Origin: a virus
Taxonomy: Duplodnaviria; Caudoviricetes
Direction: 5' to 3' (one strand)
Virus record (IMG/VR): IMGVR_UViG_3300037484_000639
Span: 1-40,759 of that record
Length of the DNA stretch: 40,759 bases
In this document: one piece after another, positions 18,662 to 28,409 of the stretch
How the letters are laid out: each line of letters opens with the position of its first letter
Position numbering within the stretch: the first letter of the stretch is position 1
Translations under genes and position numbers: made by a program
The notes under the pieces: generated by a model
The model's database searches: none
What the model was told of the DNA's origin: nothing
Seen by the model: only the letters and a program-made list of their open reading frames with translations

Positions 18662-20834
18662 TGAACTTTACATAGGGCTAAATAAACTTGACTTTAACGA
18701 CGAAATAAATGTTAAAAGTCAAGTTGTAGACATAACTGATAGCAGTATTGGTGTTATATCGAGATCTTTCACAATAAAAATACCACTGACAAGCAAAAAC
18801 AAAAAATACCTCAAATTTATAAACCTGATAAATTCGGTTCAACAAACATATGACCAAGCTAGATTATTGACGGACGGACAGCTTGTGATTAAAGGAAAAC
18901 TAAAAATAACAGCGATAAAAGAAACTTCTGTTTCTGCAATTATTGAAGGAAATAGCTGGATAGATGATTTGAGCGATACTTATATAGATGAAATTTGGAC
19001 GGGTTCGGATGATCATAAATTAACTTTTAGCGTTATAACATCTTCTTTTACGGCTGCTGATAATGCAAGTATTTTCAGATACCCATTAATAAATTGGGGG
19101 AAATTAATAGATGCTTTTGATGCTGGAAGTATTTATATAGGTGATACTTTGAGGCCAGAAGATTTCGTACCGGCATGGTCATTATACAAAACTATTGAGA
19201 GATTATTCTCAACAATAGGCTTATCGGTAGATACAGATAGCTGGTTATACGAAACGGAAACAAAAAAAATAAATATACTTTTTCCTTGGCGAAAACACAG
19301 AGATGAAGCTGATATTGCTAATACAAAATTAAGGGTTGATGTAAATAGCGATACTGATAATTATTATGGAGAAACACACACCACACTCACAACACAAACG
19401 GTTACTTATTCACCTATTATAAATATTGCATTCAATAATATTACGACTGATGAAGCAAGTGGGTGGAAGGTCGTTGGCGACTATTACGAGGTTCCAAAAT
19501 CAGGAGCTTACCGTTTTGAAATGGGCGTATACATATTATCATATCATGATACATTAGGTTCGTTTTCTTCAATTGTAAGAAATGCTGAAATTTGGATTAA
19601 GTCTAATGCTGGTGGAGGTACTATATTGGCATTAGACTATGTATCTTCACACACTCTTAATCCGTTTGATGGGGATGTTGAGATAATGACACTTGATACT
19701 GGTTATGTATACCTTGAGGCTGGTGAACAAATTTATATAGAGGTTGATATTAGTACACAGGCTTATAATGCAGGATCTTCAAGGACTGTAAGAGTAGGGA
19801 TAGGGGCTAATTCATTCTTTAAAAGCCATACACCAGATGCGGACGAAGTATATCGGTTGTATTGCTCCGTTAATGAAACCCAAAACCCGGCAGATTATTT
19901 GCCACACATAACAGGGTTAGAATTATTGAAAGAAATAAAAAAAATATTTGGCTTGTTATTTTGGTATGATTCATTAAACAACAAGATATATATAGAACAG
20001 TTCAACAATTTCACCGGGTCTACAATTGTTGATTGGACTGACAAGATCGATAAAGTCGATGATATTGAAAGAAAATTATTGTCAAGTGGTGCAAAAAGAA
20101 AATATCTTTTCAAATACAAAGTGCCGGAAGGCGATTGGTTATATCCTGATGAAGTAGCAAAAAACGGGATACCATTTTCAAAATTAGTTGAAATAAACAA
20201 CGATAATACAGAAAATGCAACCGAGGAAATTGAAGCTAGTATTTTTGCCCCAACGCTAAAATGGGTTTATGGGCCATCAACAGAGGCAAATTATTTTCCA
20301 CCTACAATATATATAGGTGATGACAAGGTTGCAACTTATGCCTATCAATTTCCACGTTTAAGGCCTACATCATTCACTCCACGACTTTTAAAATATAATT
20401 GGGAAGCCCCTGATGCTGGTGAAAGTATAAGCAGCCTTGCATTAAAAAATAGGATTGGAAGTACATATAATTTGGTAACAACCGTACCAAAAGCAGAAAC
20501 AATAGATTTTTCAGATATATATAACTCAATATCAAAAAGATACAAATTAATCGAGCAAGGCAGTAAATTAACAGTTCGCATTAGAATGACGCCCGGCGAA
20601 TTCAGTAAATTCACAAACGTGTTAAACGGTTCTGAAAATGAAGGGTTTAGGGCTGTTTATAAATTGACTGTTAACGGATCTGAAAATTTATTCACGGTTA
20701 AAAGTATAGTTTTCAATGGTAAAATAGCACGGGTAGAAATGTTGTCTGCATTCATCAATTCAAATATTTCATACAATTTTGATAGTGCGACAAAAACATT
20801 TGACTCAACATTAATAACTTTTGATAGAAATTAA
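18654..20834 (+). CDS. Tail tip/hub minor tail protein
   Basis: SRSFTIKIP.T.KN, YPLINWG, DWTDKID motifs typical of siphovirus tail-tip proteins. Confidence 0.7.
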   Translation: MNNELYIGLNKLDFNDEINVKSQVVDITDSSIGVISRSFTIKIPLTSKNKKYLKFINLINSVQQTYDQARLLTDGQLVIKGKLKITAIKETSVSAIIEGNSWIDDLSDTYIDEIWTGSDDHKLTFSVITSSFTAADNASIFRYPLINWGKLIDAFDAGSIYIGDTLRPEDFVPAWSLYKTIERLFSTIGLSVDTDSWLYETETKKINILFPWRKHRDEADIANTKLRVDVNSDTDNYYGETHTTLTTQTVTYSPIINIAFNNITTDEASGWKVVGDYYEVPKSGAYRFEMGVYILSYHDTLGSFSSIVRNAEIWIKSNAGGGTILALDYVSSHTLNPFDGDVEIMTLDTGYVYLEAGEQIYIEVDISTQAYNAGSSRTVRVGIGANSFFKSHTPDADEVYRLYCSVNETQNPADYLPHITGLELLKEIKKIFGLLFWYDSLNNKIYIEQFNNFTGSTIVDWTDKIDKVDDIERKLLSSGAKRKYLFKYKVPEGDWLYPDEVAKNGIPFSKLVEINNDNTENATEEIEASIFAPTLKWVYGPSTEANYFPPTIYIGDDKVATYAYQFPRLRPTSFTPRLLKYNWEAPDAGESISSLALKNRIGSTYNLVTTVPKAETIDFSDIYNSISKRYKLIEQGSKLTVRIRMTPGEFSKFTNVLNGSENEGFRAVYKLTVNGSENLFTVKSIVFNGKIARVEMLSAFINSNISYNFDSATKTFDSTLITFDRN

Positions 20835-20838
20835 AATT

Positions 20839-21738
20839 ATGAGCACAATTCAAACAATAGGATTAGGTACGGTAGATAATGACGGTACAGGTGATAGCCT
20901 AAAAACAGGAGGCGACAAAATAAATGACAATTTTGCTGCACTTAATACTGATAAAGCAGAATTGAGCGGGGCAACGTTCGCAGCTTTGTGCACATTTCCT
21001 GATATTTCATTAGACAATTCAGCAGGAATTAATAGGTTAATTCGTTTTAGGACTAGTGGGTTAAGTCGTTTCAATTTCTACGTTTCATCGGAAAGCGAAG
21101 ATGGGTCTAATTCTGGAAGTAATTTGTTATTAAATCGATATGATGACGCAGGTAATTTGATTGCTTCTGTTATTGCGGTGACAAGATCTTCTGGATTGGT
21201 GAAAATGCCGGGAATATATTCAAATACAACCGCCAACGCAGCAAATATATATGCAGGATCTGATGGAAGTATCCTTAGATCCACATCATCCCCAAAATTC
21301 AAAAATATAATGGAACCAATTTCTATCGAATATTCAAAAAATATTTTTGAAATTGCAAAGAAATGTACAGTATTCTATAAATCGAAATCGGAGCATGATA
21401 ACCCTGATTGGACGTTCTACGGGCTTGATGCTGATAAGATTGCAGAAATTGAACCAAGATTGGCCCATTGGGGCTATTTTGATGAAAATTATGAATTTGT
21501 TGAAAAAGAAGTCATTCGAAAAGTTCAGGAAAAAAACGAAAACGGTGAACTAATTGAGAAAGAAGTCAAGGAAATAGAGAGAGAAAGAAAAAGAAAGCCT
21601 GATGCAAAATTACAGCCTACCGGTGTGCAATATGAAAGGTTAATCCCTCTTATACTTGTCGAATTTGACAGGCAGAATGATGAAATTGCTCAATTAAGAA
21701 AAGAAGTTGATGAAATTAAAAAGTTACTTCAAAAATAA
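20839..21738 (+). CDS. Tail fibre/spike with T4 gp9/gp10-like N-terminus and C-terminal intramolecular chaperone (S74-like)
   Basis: NDGTGDSLKTGGDKINDNF; TSSPKFKNI...YGLDADKIAEIEP...GVQYERL plus terminal coiled coil. Confidence 0.75.
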   Translation: MSTIQTIGLGTVDNDGTGDSLKTGGDKINDNFAALNTDKAELSGATFAALCTFPDISLDNSAGINRLIRFRTSGLSRFNFYVSSESEDGSNSGSNLLLNRYDDAGNLIASVIAVTRSSGLVKMPGIYSNTTANAANIYAGSDGSILRSTSSPKFKNIMEPISIEYSKNIFEIAKKCTVFYKSKSEHDNPDWTFYGLDADKIAEIEPRLAHWGYFDENYEFVEKEVIRKVQEKNENGELIEKEVKEIERERKRKPDAKLQPTGVQYERLIPLILVEFDRQNDEIAQLRKEVDEIKKLLQK

Positions 21739-24641
21739 TGGCAGACGAAAAAACAATCATATTATCACTTGAAGTCAAGGGTATCAGCCGGGAGGCAGAG
21801 GCACTGGGTGATATTGACGCTGAATTAAGGAGACTAAACAAAACAAAACGTGAATACCTTGAATTGGAGCGCGAGCAAGGCACGTTGAGCAAGCAGCAAC
21901 TAACTGACTTAAATAAAGTTGAGACCCAAATAAGGCAATTAAAAACCCAACGTCAAGGATTAAACCGTGAAGAAAGCACGGCTATAAAATTGGAGCAATC
22001 CCACGCAGGCAGCATTGGCGAATTAAGGCAACGCAATTCTCAATTGCGCGCTGAAATGAACAAATTGAACATTACAACAAAGGAGGGTCAAGATCGCCTT
22101 AAATTTCTTAGGATAGAATATGACAAAAATAATACAGCTGTTAGAAATTTTGATAGAAGCATATCAGGCTCTAACACACTTGTAGGTGAATATTCAAAAG
22201 GTATAGGGGCTTCTTTCAAAACAATAGGTTTGGCCATTGGCGGGGCTATGGCTGCATGGCATTTGATTTCAAATGTTTTCGGCGGTGCAGTTAGAACTGT
22301 GAAAGAATTCGGTACAGCACTTTCTGATCTTGAAGCGATAACAGGGGCATCAGGTGAAGATCTTGAATTCCTTAAACAATCGGCAATAGAACTAGGGCCT
22401 GTTTATGGAAAATCAGCAACCGAAATTGTCAATGCAATGAAGCTTGTTGGTTCTGCAAAGCCTGAATTGTTGGGCAATGTAGAGGCACTTAAGGAAATGA
22501 CTGAATCGGTGTTGACTTTAAGCCAGGCCACTGGACTTGATTTAGAAAGGTCTACAAAAACACTGGCCGTTTCCCTTAACCAATATGGAGAAAGTGCAGA
22601 TCAAGCGGCAAAATATACAAATGTTTTGGCCGCCGGGTCAAAATTTGGATCTGTTGAAGTTGATTATTTATCTGATGCGATCTCAAAGGTCGGATCAGTG
22701 GCCAATTCGGCAAATGTTTCTATTGAGCAGCTTACTTCTGTAATGGAAATTTTAGGAGGGGCTGGGATTGAGGCAACGACGGCTGGGCGTGGGTTTAGAA
22801 ATATTTTAGGTGTTTTGCAAAAAGACACAGCAAATTATACCGATGGAGTGTTTGACCTGAATAAGGCAATTGACAATAATCAAAATATAGCAGGAAATAA
22901 CATAGTTCTTCAAAAGAAATTCGGAACTGAATTTTACAACCTTGCCCAAATATTATTAACAAATAAGGAGCGTTTCAATGAATTGACATTACAGGTAACA
23001 GATACCAATGTCGCTTTTGAGCAAGCAGCCATAAAAATGGATAATCTTGAAGGTGACGTTAATAAGTTAAGTGCTGCTTATGACAGCATGATACTGTCTA
23101 TTGAAAGCGGGGACGGTGTTTTGTCAAAATTAGCCAGGGGCGTTGTGGGCTATTTCACTGATGTATTAAACGTATTTACGGCTGTAAACAGTGATAGCGG
23201 AGACTGGTTGACAAATATGGACAATATCCGCTTGTCTTTAGAGAAAATTATGCCTTTTAGCGGGCTAATGAAAAAAATATTAGATCCGGGTGACACTTTC
23301 GAAAAAGTTGAAGATGCAGTTGCGAAAAGACGTGAAGCCATTGAAGCTGAAATAAAAGGAAATAAGGCACTTGCTCAGTTTGAAAAAGAACAGGCAGAGG
23401 AAAAAAAGAAAAGTGCGAATGAAATAGCAAAAATATCAGCGGAGCAATCAGAAAAAAGAGCGGCTGCATACAGAAAAGAAGCGGAGGAAAAATTAAAAGC
23501 CTCAAACTCTTTTGAATTAGAGGCTAAGAAAATAAATGCCTCCTTAATCGAAGATGCACAAAGTAGGAAAATTGCCGAATTAAACATATGGAAAGAGCAA
23601 GAAGACGCAAAAATTGCAATTTCAAAAGCTTCTGATGATGCAAAAAACAGCCTTTTAGAAGCAAATAATAGGCTATATAATGAAAAGTTAGGAGAAATAT
23701 ATACTGAAAATCTTGTTTCTCAGGCTGGAAAAGATGAAGAGTTTATGCTCGCAATTCAGGAGCATGAAAAAGAACATCAGGCCAAATTACTTGAAATAAA
23801 ACAAGAATATGGAACGGATCAAGAGTCTATTGATGCAAGTAGGGAACTGGAATTGTTGGCGTTGCAAGAAAACTTCGGTGCAGAATTGGCATTGACACAA
23901 GAATATAAAGATGCAGAGGCCGTTATATTAGCAAAGTACAGGAAACTTGAAGTTGATGAAGAAAAGAAAAAACAAGCTGAAAAACTAAAACTTGCATTAT
24001 TATTTAGCTCCGGAGCACAACGATTATTGAGCAGTTTTGGCGACTTTTTCGAAGGTCAAAAACAAAAAGAATTAGCCCTTGCTGGTGAAAATGAAGCGCA
24101 AAAAGCTGCGATTGAACAAAAATATGCGCGTAAATCAGCAAACATAAAACTTGCCCAAGCTATAATAAACGCCGCGCAAGGTATTACTAAGATTTGGGCT
24201 GAATGGGGCGCCGTTCCAGTTGTGGCTGCTGTCCTTACTGGCATTGAGGCAGTTGCAACCGGTATTCAAATTGCTACTATCAGATCACAGCAATTTAGCG
24301 AAGGAGGACTTGTACTTTCAGGAGACGAATTACCGGGCAGCAAATCTAATCAAGACAACACCTTGGTAATGGTAAAACCAAAGGAGGTTATCTTAAATGA
24401 ACGCCAACAGGCTATAGCTGGTGGGCCTGAATTTTTCAAAAGGTTGGGCGTTCCCGGTTTTGCATCCGGCGGAATTGTAGGCGGAATTGTAGCCCCTACT
24501 CAGAATAATTCATCATTGGCAACTGAAAGCATTGTTTCAGGAATTGCACAAAGCTTGCAAAATATAAAAGTGAACCTTGTTGTAAATGAATTAAACGAGG
24601 CTCAAAGCGAACTAAACTATATCAATAGCTCACAATTATGA
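21738..24641 (+). CDS. Tail tape measure protein (TP901-family core)
   Basis: 967 aa helical; LSDLEAITGASG, NVLAAGSKFG; C-terminal FASGGIV. Confidence 0.92.
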   Translation: MADEKTIILSLEVKGISREAEALGDIDAELRRLNKTKREYLELEREQGTLSKQQLTDLNKVETQIRQLKTQRQGLNREESTAIKLEQSHAGSIGELRQRNSQLRAEMNKLNITTKEGQDRLKFLRIEYDKNNTAVRNFDRSISGSNTLVGEYSKGIGASFKTIGLAIGGAMAAWHLISNVFGGAVRTVKEFGTALSDLEAITGASGEDLEFLKQSAIELGPVYGKSATEIVNAMKLVGSAKPELLGNVEALKEMTESVLTLSQATGLDLERSTKTLAVSLNQYGESADQAAKYTNVLAAGSKFGSVEVDYLSDAISKVGSVANSANVSIEQLTSVMEILGGAGIEATTAGRGFRNILGVLQKDTANYTDGVFDLNKAIDNNQNIAGNNIVLQKKFGTEFYNLAQILLTNKERFNELTLQVTDTNVAFEQAAIKMDNLEGDVNKLSAAYDSMILSIESGDGVLSKLARGVVGYFTDVLNVFTAVNSDSGDWLTNMDNIRLSLEKIMPFSGLMKKILDPGDTFEKVEDAVAKRREAIEAEIKGNKALAQFEKEQAEEKKKSANEIAKISAEQSEKRAAAYRKEAEEKLKASNSFELEAKKINASLIEDAQSRKIAELNIWKEQEDAKIAISKASDDAKNSLLEANNRLYNEKLGEIYTENLVSQAGKDEEFMLAIQEHEKEHQAKLLEIKQEYGTDQESIDASRELELLALQENFGAELALTQEYKDAEAVILAKYRKLEVDEEKKKQAEKLKLALLFSSGAQRLLSSFGDFFEGQKQKELALAGENEAQKAAIEQKYARKSANIKLAQAIINAAQGITKIWAEWGAVPVVAAVLTGIEAVATGIQIATIRSQQFSEGGLVLSGDELPGSKSNQDNTLVMVKPKEVILNERQQAIAGGPEFFKRLGVPGFASGGIVGGIVAPTQNNSSLATESIVSGIAQSLQNIKVNLVVNELNEAQSELNYINSSQL

Positions 24642-24880
24642 TAGATATTCAAAAAAAAACAGAGATTTTAATAAAGGAAAAAATAGGTGTTTCAGAAGAT
24701 GCTGTAAAAGCTTTGTTTGATATCGGGCTGTTTACTGAACACAATTGCAAAAGAGTATTGATAAGAGAGGAATATTTTGATAAAATGGCTACCCGAAAAA
24801 AAACAGATCTCAAAATCCACCTGGCAGAAAAATACTGTGTTAGTTTTGCGGCAGTTGAAAGTTATATTTATAATTTGTAA
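24638..24880 (+). CDS. Small putative HTH DNA-binding protein (Mor-like C-terminus)
   Basis: IREEY...LAEKYCVSFAAVESYIY helix-turn-helix pattern. Confidence 0.55.
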   Translation: MIDIQKKTEILIKEKIGVSEDAVKALFDIGLFTEHNCKRVLIREEYFDKMATRKKTDLKIHLAEKYCVSFAAVESYIYNL

Positions 24881-24957
24881 TAATTATTATAAATATAATA
24901 ATAAAACACAATTAAACCGAATGCACTGATAATCAATAAGTTACGTATTCTACAAAA

Positions 24958-24979
24958 TACCTAGTCCATGGACTAGGTA
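24958..24979. repeat. Perfect 22-bp palindrome flanked by 20-bp imperfect inverted arms
   Basis: TACCTAGTCCATGGACTAGGTA; arms 24927-24946 and 24998-25017 match 17/20. Confidence 0.9.
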
Positions 24980-25144
24980 AGGTAAACATTACATTTCACG
25001 TAAGTAATTGAATATCAACATCTTTAGTTCAAGGTTAACTCAATCAGAATCAAATATTAAAAAACATGATTGGCAATTACCTATAAAAATTAAGGAATTC
25101 ATATTTAAAAACTGGTTACTTTTGTTTTGTAATCAGTTTTTTTT

Positions 25145-26239
25145 ATGGCAAAGAATCTTATACATCAAAGCGACTGGATGACTATAAACGAGGTCACTAA
25201 ATTAGGTGTCTTAAATAAGGCGTCTAAAGTTGTTGAAATTGATATCGAAGGAGTTATTGGAGGATCGTTTTTTTGGGATGAAGATAATAAAGAAAGCTTG
25301 AACACTAAGGAAAAAATGCGCAAAGAACTCAAAGCGCTTTCAGAATTAAAAGCTGATACCATTATTGTCAATATAAATTCACCAGGAGGATCGGTTTCTC
25401 ACGGTCTGTCAATACATGACATGCTCGCTCAACATAAAGCCGAAATAATTACAAGAATTACCGGAATGACTGCCAGTATCGCGACTGTTATCGCGCAAGC
25501 TGGTAACAAAAGAGAAATGAGCGATAATGCACTGGCTTTAATCCACCGTGCTAGTTACACGGTAATTGCAAGTTTGAACCAAAACGATTTGGATAACTTA
25601 AAAGACGACTTACAAGTAATTGACAATAAGATACTTAACATCTATGAAAAAAGAAGCGGTGTTAACCGGGACAAATTAACTGAGTTGATTGATGCGCAAA
25701 ATGGCCAAGGCCGATGGCTTGATTCAAATGAAGCAAAAGAATTTGGACTCATAGATGAAGTTTTTGAGCCTATGCAGGCCGTAGCAATGCTTACAAGTGA
25801 AATGTTAAATAAATATAAATTACCAAATATCATGGCAGAAACTAAAGAAAAAGAGCTGGATAAAGGGTTATTGGATAAAATTGCCGACTTGATTAAAGGC
25901 AAAAAAACTCCTGAAACTCCTGAAACTCAGGATAAACAAGAAAATGAAGTTGAAAATAAATCTGATATATCAGGTTTGCAAAACGAAATTAAAGAGCTAA
26001 AAGCGTCAAACGTGGATTTGTCTGCTAAGCTTGATGAACTAAGGACTAAATACAACGATTCTATTGTAAAACTTAACGATCTGTTATCGGAAGTAGTTAA
26101 GTCTAACTCGAAATCAACCAATATTGGCGGAGCTGCTGGTGTTGAAGATAACGACACTGCTATCGTAGATCCATTAAAAGATTCTTTGAATCAGGATCTT
26201 AAGAAATTAAGGAACGAATTTGAAGTTACACACGATTAA
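25145..26239 (+). CDS. ClpP-type prohead protease with C-terminal scaffold-like coiled coil
   Basis: NINSPGGSV; TASIATVIAQAG; LIHRA; WLDSNEAKEFGLIDEV. Confidence 0.92.
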   Translation: MAKNLIHQSDWMTINEVTKLGVLNKASKVVEIDIEGVIGGSFFWDEDNKESLNTKEKMRKELKALSELKADTIIVNINSPGGSVSHGLSIHDMLAQHKAEIITRITGMTASIATVIAQAGNKREMSDNALALIHRASYTVIASLNQNDLDNLKDDLQVIDNKILNIYEKRSGVNRDKLTELIDAQNGQGRWLDSNEAKEFGLIDEVFEPMQAVAMLTSEMLNKYKLPNIMAETKEKELDKGLLDKIADLIKGKKTPETPETQDKQENEVENKSDISGLQNEIKELKASNVDLSAKLDELRTKYNDSIVKLNDLLSEVVKSNSKSTNIGGAAGVEDNDTAIVDPLKDSLNQDLKKLRNEFEVTHD

Positions 26240-26250
26240 AATTATCGAAT

Positions 26251-27579
26251 ATGGCAAATTTTATCACTACATCGGCAACATGGACAGGTAAGCAAAACCT
26301 TGAATATTTTTTAAGACCGATGTTTATTGGCCCTGAACCCGCAAATACACAAGGCGTAAGGGTTATTCCAAACGTGCAAAGTGCGCAATTGCTGAACTAT
26401 TTCGGGGTAGCAAAAAAACTGCTTAAGAAATATGTGAAAGGGTTTAATGCCGTGGCCGGGGCTGCACATACACAGCGTACTATTACCGTAACACGCATGA
26501 AGGCCGAAAGTGCAGAAGATGGTTTGCAATTTTATCAAACCGTTTTTGAGCAGGGCTTGAAAAAAGGCGACTGGAACGATCTTACTGATACCGATTTGAA
26601 AGAAATCATTATCAGTTTGTACCGAAATGCAGTTGCCAGCGACGTTTTTAGGCAATTTTGGCTTAACGATACAAACAAAGAAACTGTATCATCAGGTGTA
26701 ATTACCGGGACTGCCGATACTGACTATAACGCCTTTCAGGGTATGTGGTCTTTATTAATGGCCAATGCTGCAACTTCACCAAGTGACACACAAATTAAGC
26801 GTATCACTGTTTCTGATGGAGCTGTTTCAGGCGTAAACACTGTAACCCTTACTGGTACAGCTGGTACTGCAAATGTAACTGTTGGTGGTGTAGCTTATTT
26901 GGCTACTTTCGATACCGATCTTGATACCACTCATGCAAATTTCGTTGCGCTTCACGCAACTGCTTTGGCACTAAGGGGTATTACATTAACTGGTACAACC
27001 ACCATAATTATGACCAGTGCAATACCTGGGCAGCCTATACCGACACCTACAGTAACTAACCTTACAAGCAACCTTGCTGGGTCAAATGCTGCAACCACAG
27101 CAAATACAGCTCCTAGCGCGTTGGCAGCTGGTGAAAGTGAAGATATTTTCTTGTCACTTTTTGTTGGTGCAAAACCAGTATTGAAACATTACCCTTCTAA
27201 AGATAAAGTATTTTTGGTAACAGATTTGGTTTTGGAAAATTACATGACCTATCTTGAAAGCCTTGGTACCGAGAGATCACACATCTTGCTCGAAGATGGT
27301 AAGGAATTTTATACTTATCGCGGGATCAAAATAATTGCACCTGGATGGGATGCCGATTTTGAAGCTGATTTCCCTCACGCAACTGGTGAATTGTATGCTT
27401 ACCCACATCGCGTAATTTACACTACTAAGGATAACTTAGTGTTGGGACTTGATGCATTGAGTTCTTATAACGAAACTCAGATGTGGTACAATAAGGATGA
27501 GGAAGAAAATAGATTCCGTACAAAATTGGTTATGGGTTGTCAATACGTACACAACGAACTAGTAGCAGTGGCTTATTAG
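26251..27579 (+). CDS. Major capsid protein with Thr-rich insertion
   Basis: Follows the protease; 442 aa; the C-terminal motif fits a capsid; positional inference. Confidence 0.78.
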   Translation: MANFITTSATWTGKQNLEYFLRPMFIGPEPANTQGVRVIPNVQSAQLLNYFGVAKKLLKKYVKGFNAVAGAAHTQRTITVTRMKAESAEDGLQFYQTVFEQGLKKGDWNDLTDTDLKEIIISLYRNAVASDVFRQFWLNDTNKETVSSGVITGTADTDYNAFQGMWSLLMANAATSPSDTQIKRITVSDGAVSGVNTVTLTGTAGTANVTVGGVAYLATFDTDLDTTHANFVALHATALALRGITLTGTTTIIMTSAIPGQPIPTPTVTNLTSNLAGSNAATTANTAPSALAAGESEDIFLSLFVGAKPVLKHYPSKDKVFLVTDLVLENYMTYLESLGTERSHILLEDGKEFYTYRGIKIIAPGWDADFEADFPHATGELYAYPHRVIYTTKDNLVLGLDALSSYNETQMWYNKDEEENRFRTKLVMGCQYVHNELVAVAY

Positions 27580-27606
27580 GCCACTGTAATTTAAAAATAT
27601 TAAATT

Positions 27607-28167
27607 ATGGCAATTACTACTTATTCAAAAAGCTGTTCAAAGAATGTCGCTGGGAACAGTGGCTTATATGTAACAGAGGTTGCAAATGTTTCCTCTATTA
27701 CTGTAACAGCCGGAGAAATTTCGGCTGTGACAATGGCCTCAACATCGGTATTTTTTGAGGAAGCCCAGGGCGATATTGACACCATACAACGCCTTGAAAC
27801 CGGGGCTGGGACTGGCAAAAACATGGCATACACACATAGGGTTAATGTTGGTTTTTCAAAGCCTTCAACAGAGCTTAATACTTTCCGTAATTCATTAGCA
27901 GACGCCACACCGTGCGGAATACTGGCAATTGTAACAGATGCAAATGGTACTTCATGGCTGGTTGGTTACAATGCCACGGATGGTTTCAAGCGGCCATTAA
28001 GGTTGGTTCAAGATGACCTTGATAGCGGACTTACACCAACAGACGAGGCAGGTCAGGCTATAACTATCGGAATGGAGTGCGTTAACGGCTATGTATGTAT
28101 GCCTTTTGATGACACATTAGGGCCTGCAATTTCAGGTGGAACTTCAACATTCATAGATTATGTATAG
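27607..28167 (+). CDS. Major tail (tube) protein
   Basis: C..N.AG...AIVTDANG..WLVG pattern of Bacteroidota phage tail tubes. Confidence 0.72.
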   Translation: MAITTYSKSCSKNVAGNSGLYVTEVANVSSITVTAGEISAVTMASTSVFFEEAQGDIDTIQRLETGAGTGKNMAYTHRVNVGFSKPSTELNTFRNSLADATPCGILAIVTDANGTSWLVGYNATDGFKRPLRLVQDDLDSGLTPTDEAGQAITIGMECVNGYVCMPFDDTLGPAISGGTSTFIDYV

Positions 28168-28339
28168 TATCAAGAAAAAATATCAGGGCAAAGGATCGAT
28201 AGTTCACATCAGAACTACCGGGGGGAACTCTATCAAGATTGATCTTGATCGCGCTAATCAACATGAATTGAAAATTCTGGAAAAATACAATCCTGAATAT
28301 GTTGAGAGAATCATTGAGAAAAAGGAAATAAAAGGTTAA
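28160..28339 (+). CDS. 59-aa hypothetical protein (not in track)
   Basis: Hand translation MYSIKKKYQGKGSIVHIRTTGGNSIKIDLDRANQHELKILEKYNPEYVERIIEKKEIKG. Confidence 0.6.
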   Translation: MYSIKKKYQGKGSIVHIRTTGGNSIKIDLDRANQHELKILEKYNPEYVERIIEKKEIKG

Positions 28340-28370
28340 ATATTTTCATTGATATTTATTTAGTTTGGTG

Positions 28371-28394
28371 GAGGGGGCGTTTGTCCCCTCTTTT
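28371..28394 (+). terminator. Intrinsic terminator after the capsid/tail tube genes
   Basis: GAGGGG...CCCCTC followed by TTTT. Confidence 0.7.
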
Positions 28395-28409
28395 ATTTAT
28401 TTTTGTCTT

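Noticed and set aside
24958-24979. Protelomerase (linear plasmid-prophage) system
   Set aside because: The palindrome is suggestive, but no protelomerase or ParA is recognisable. Kept only as an unexplained site.
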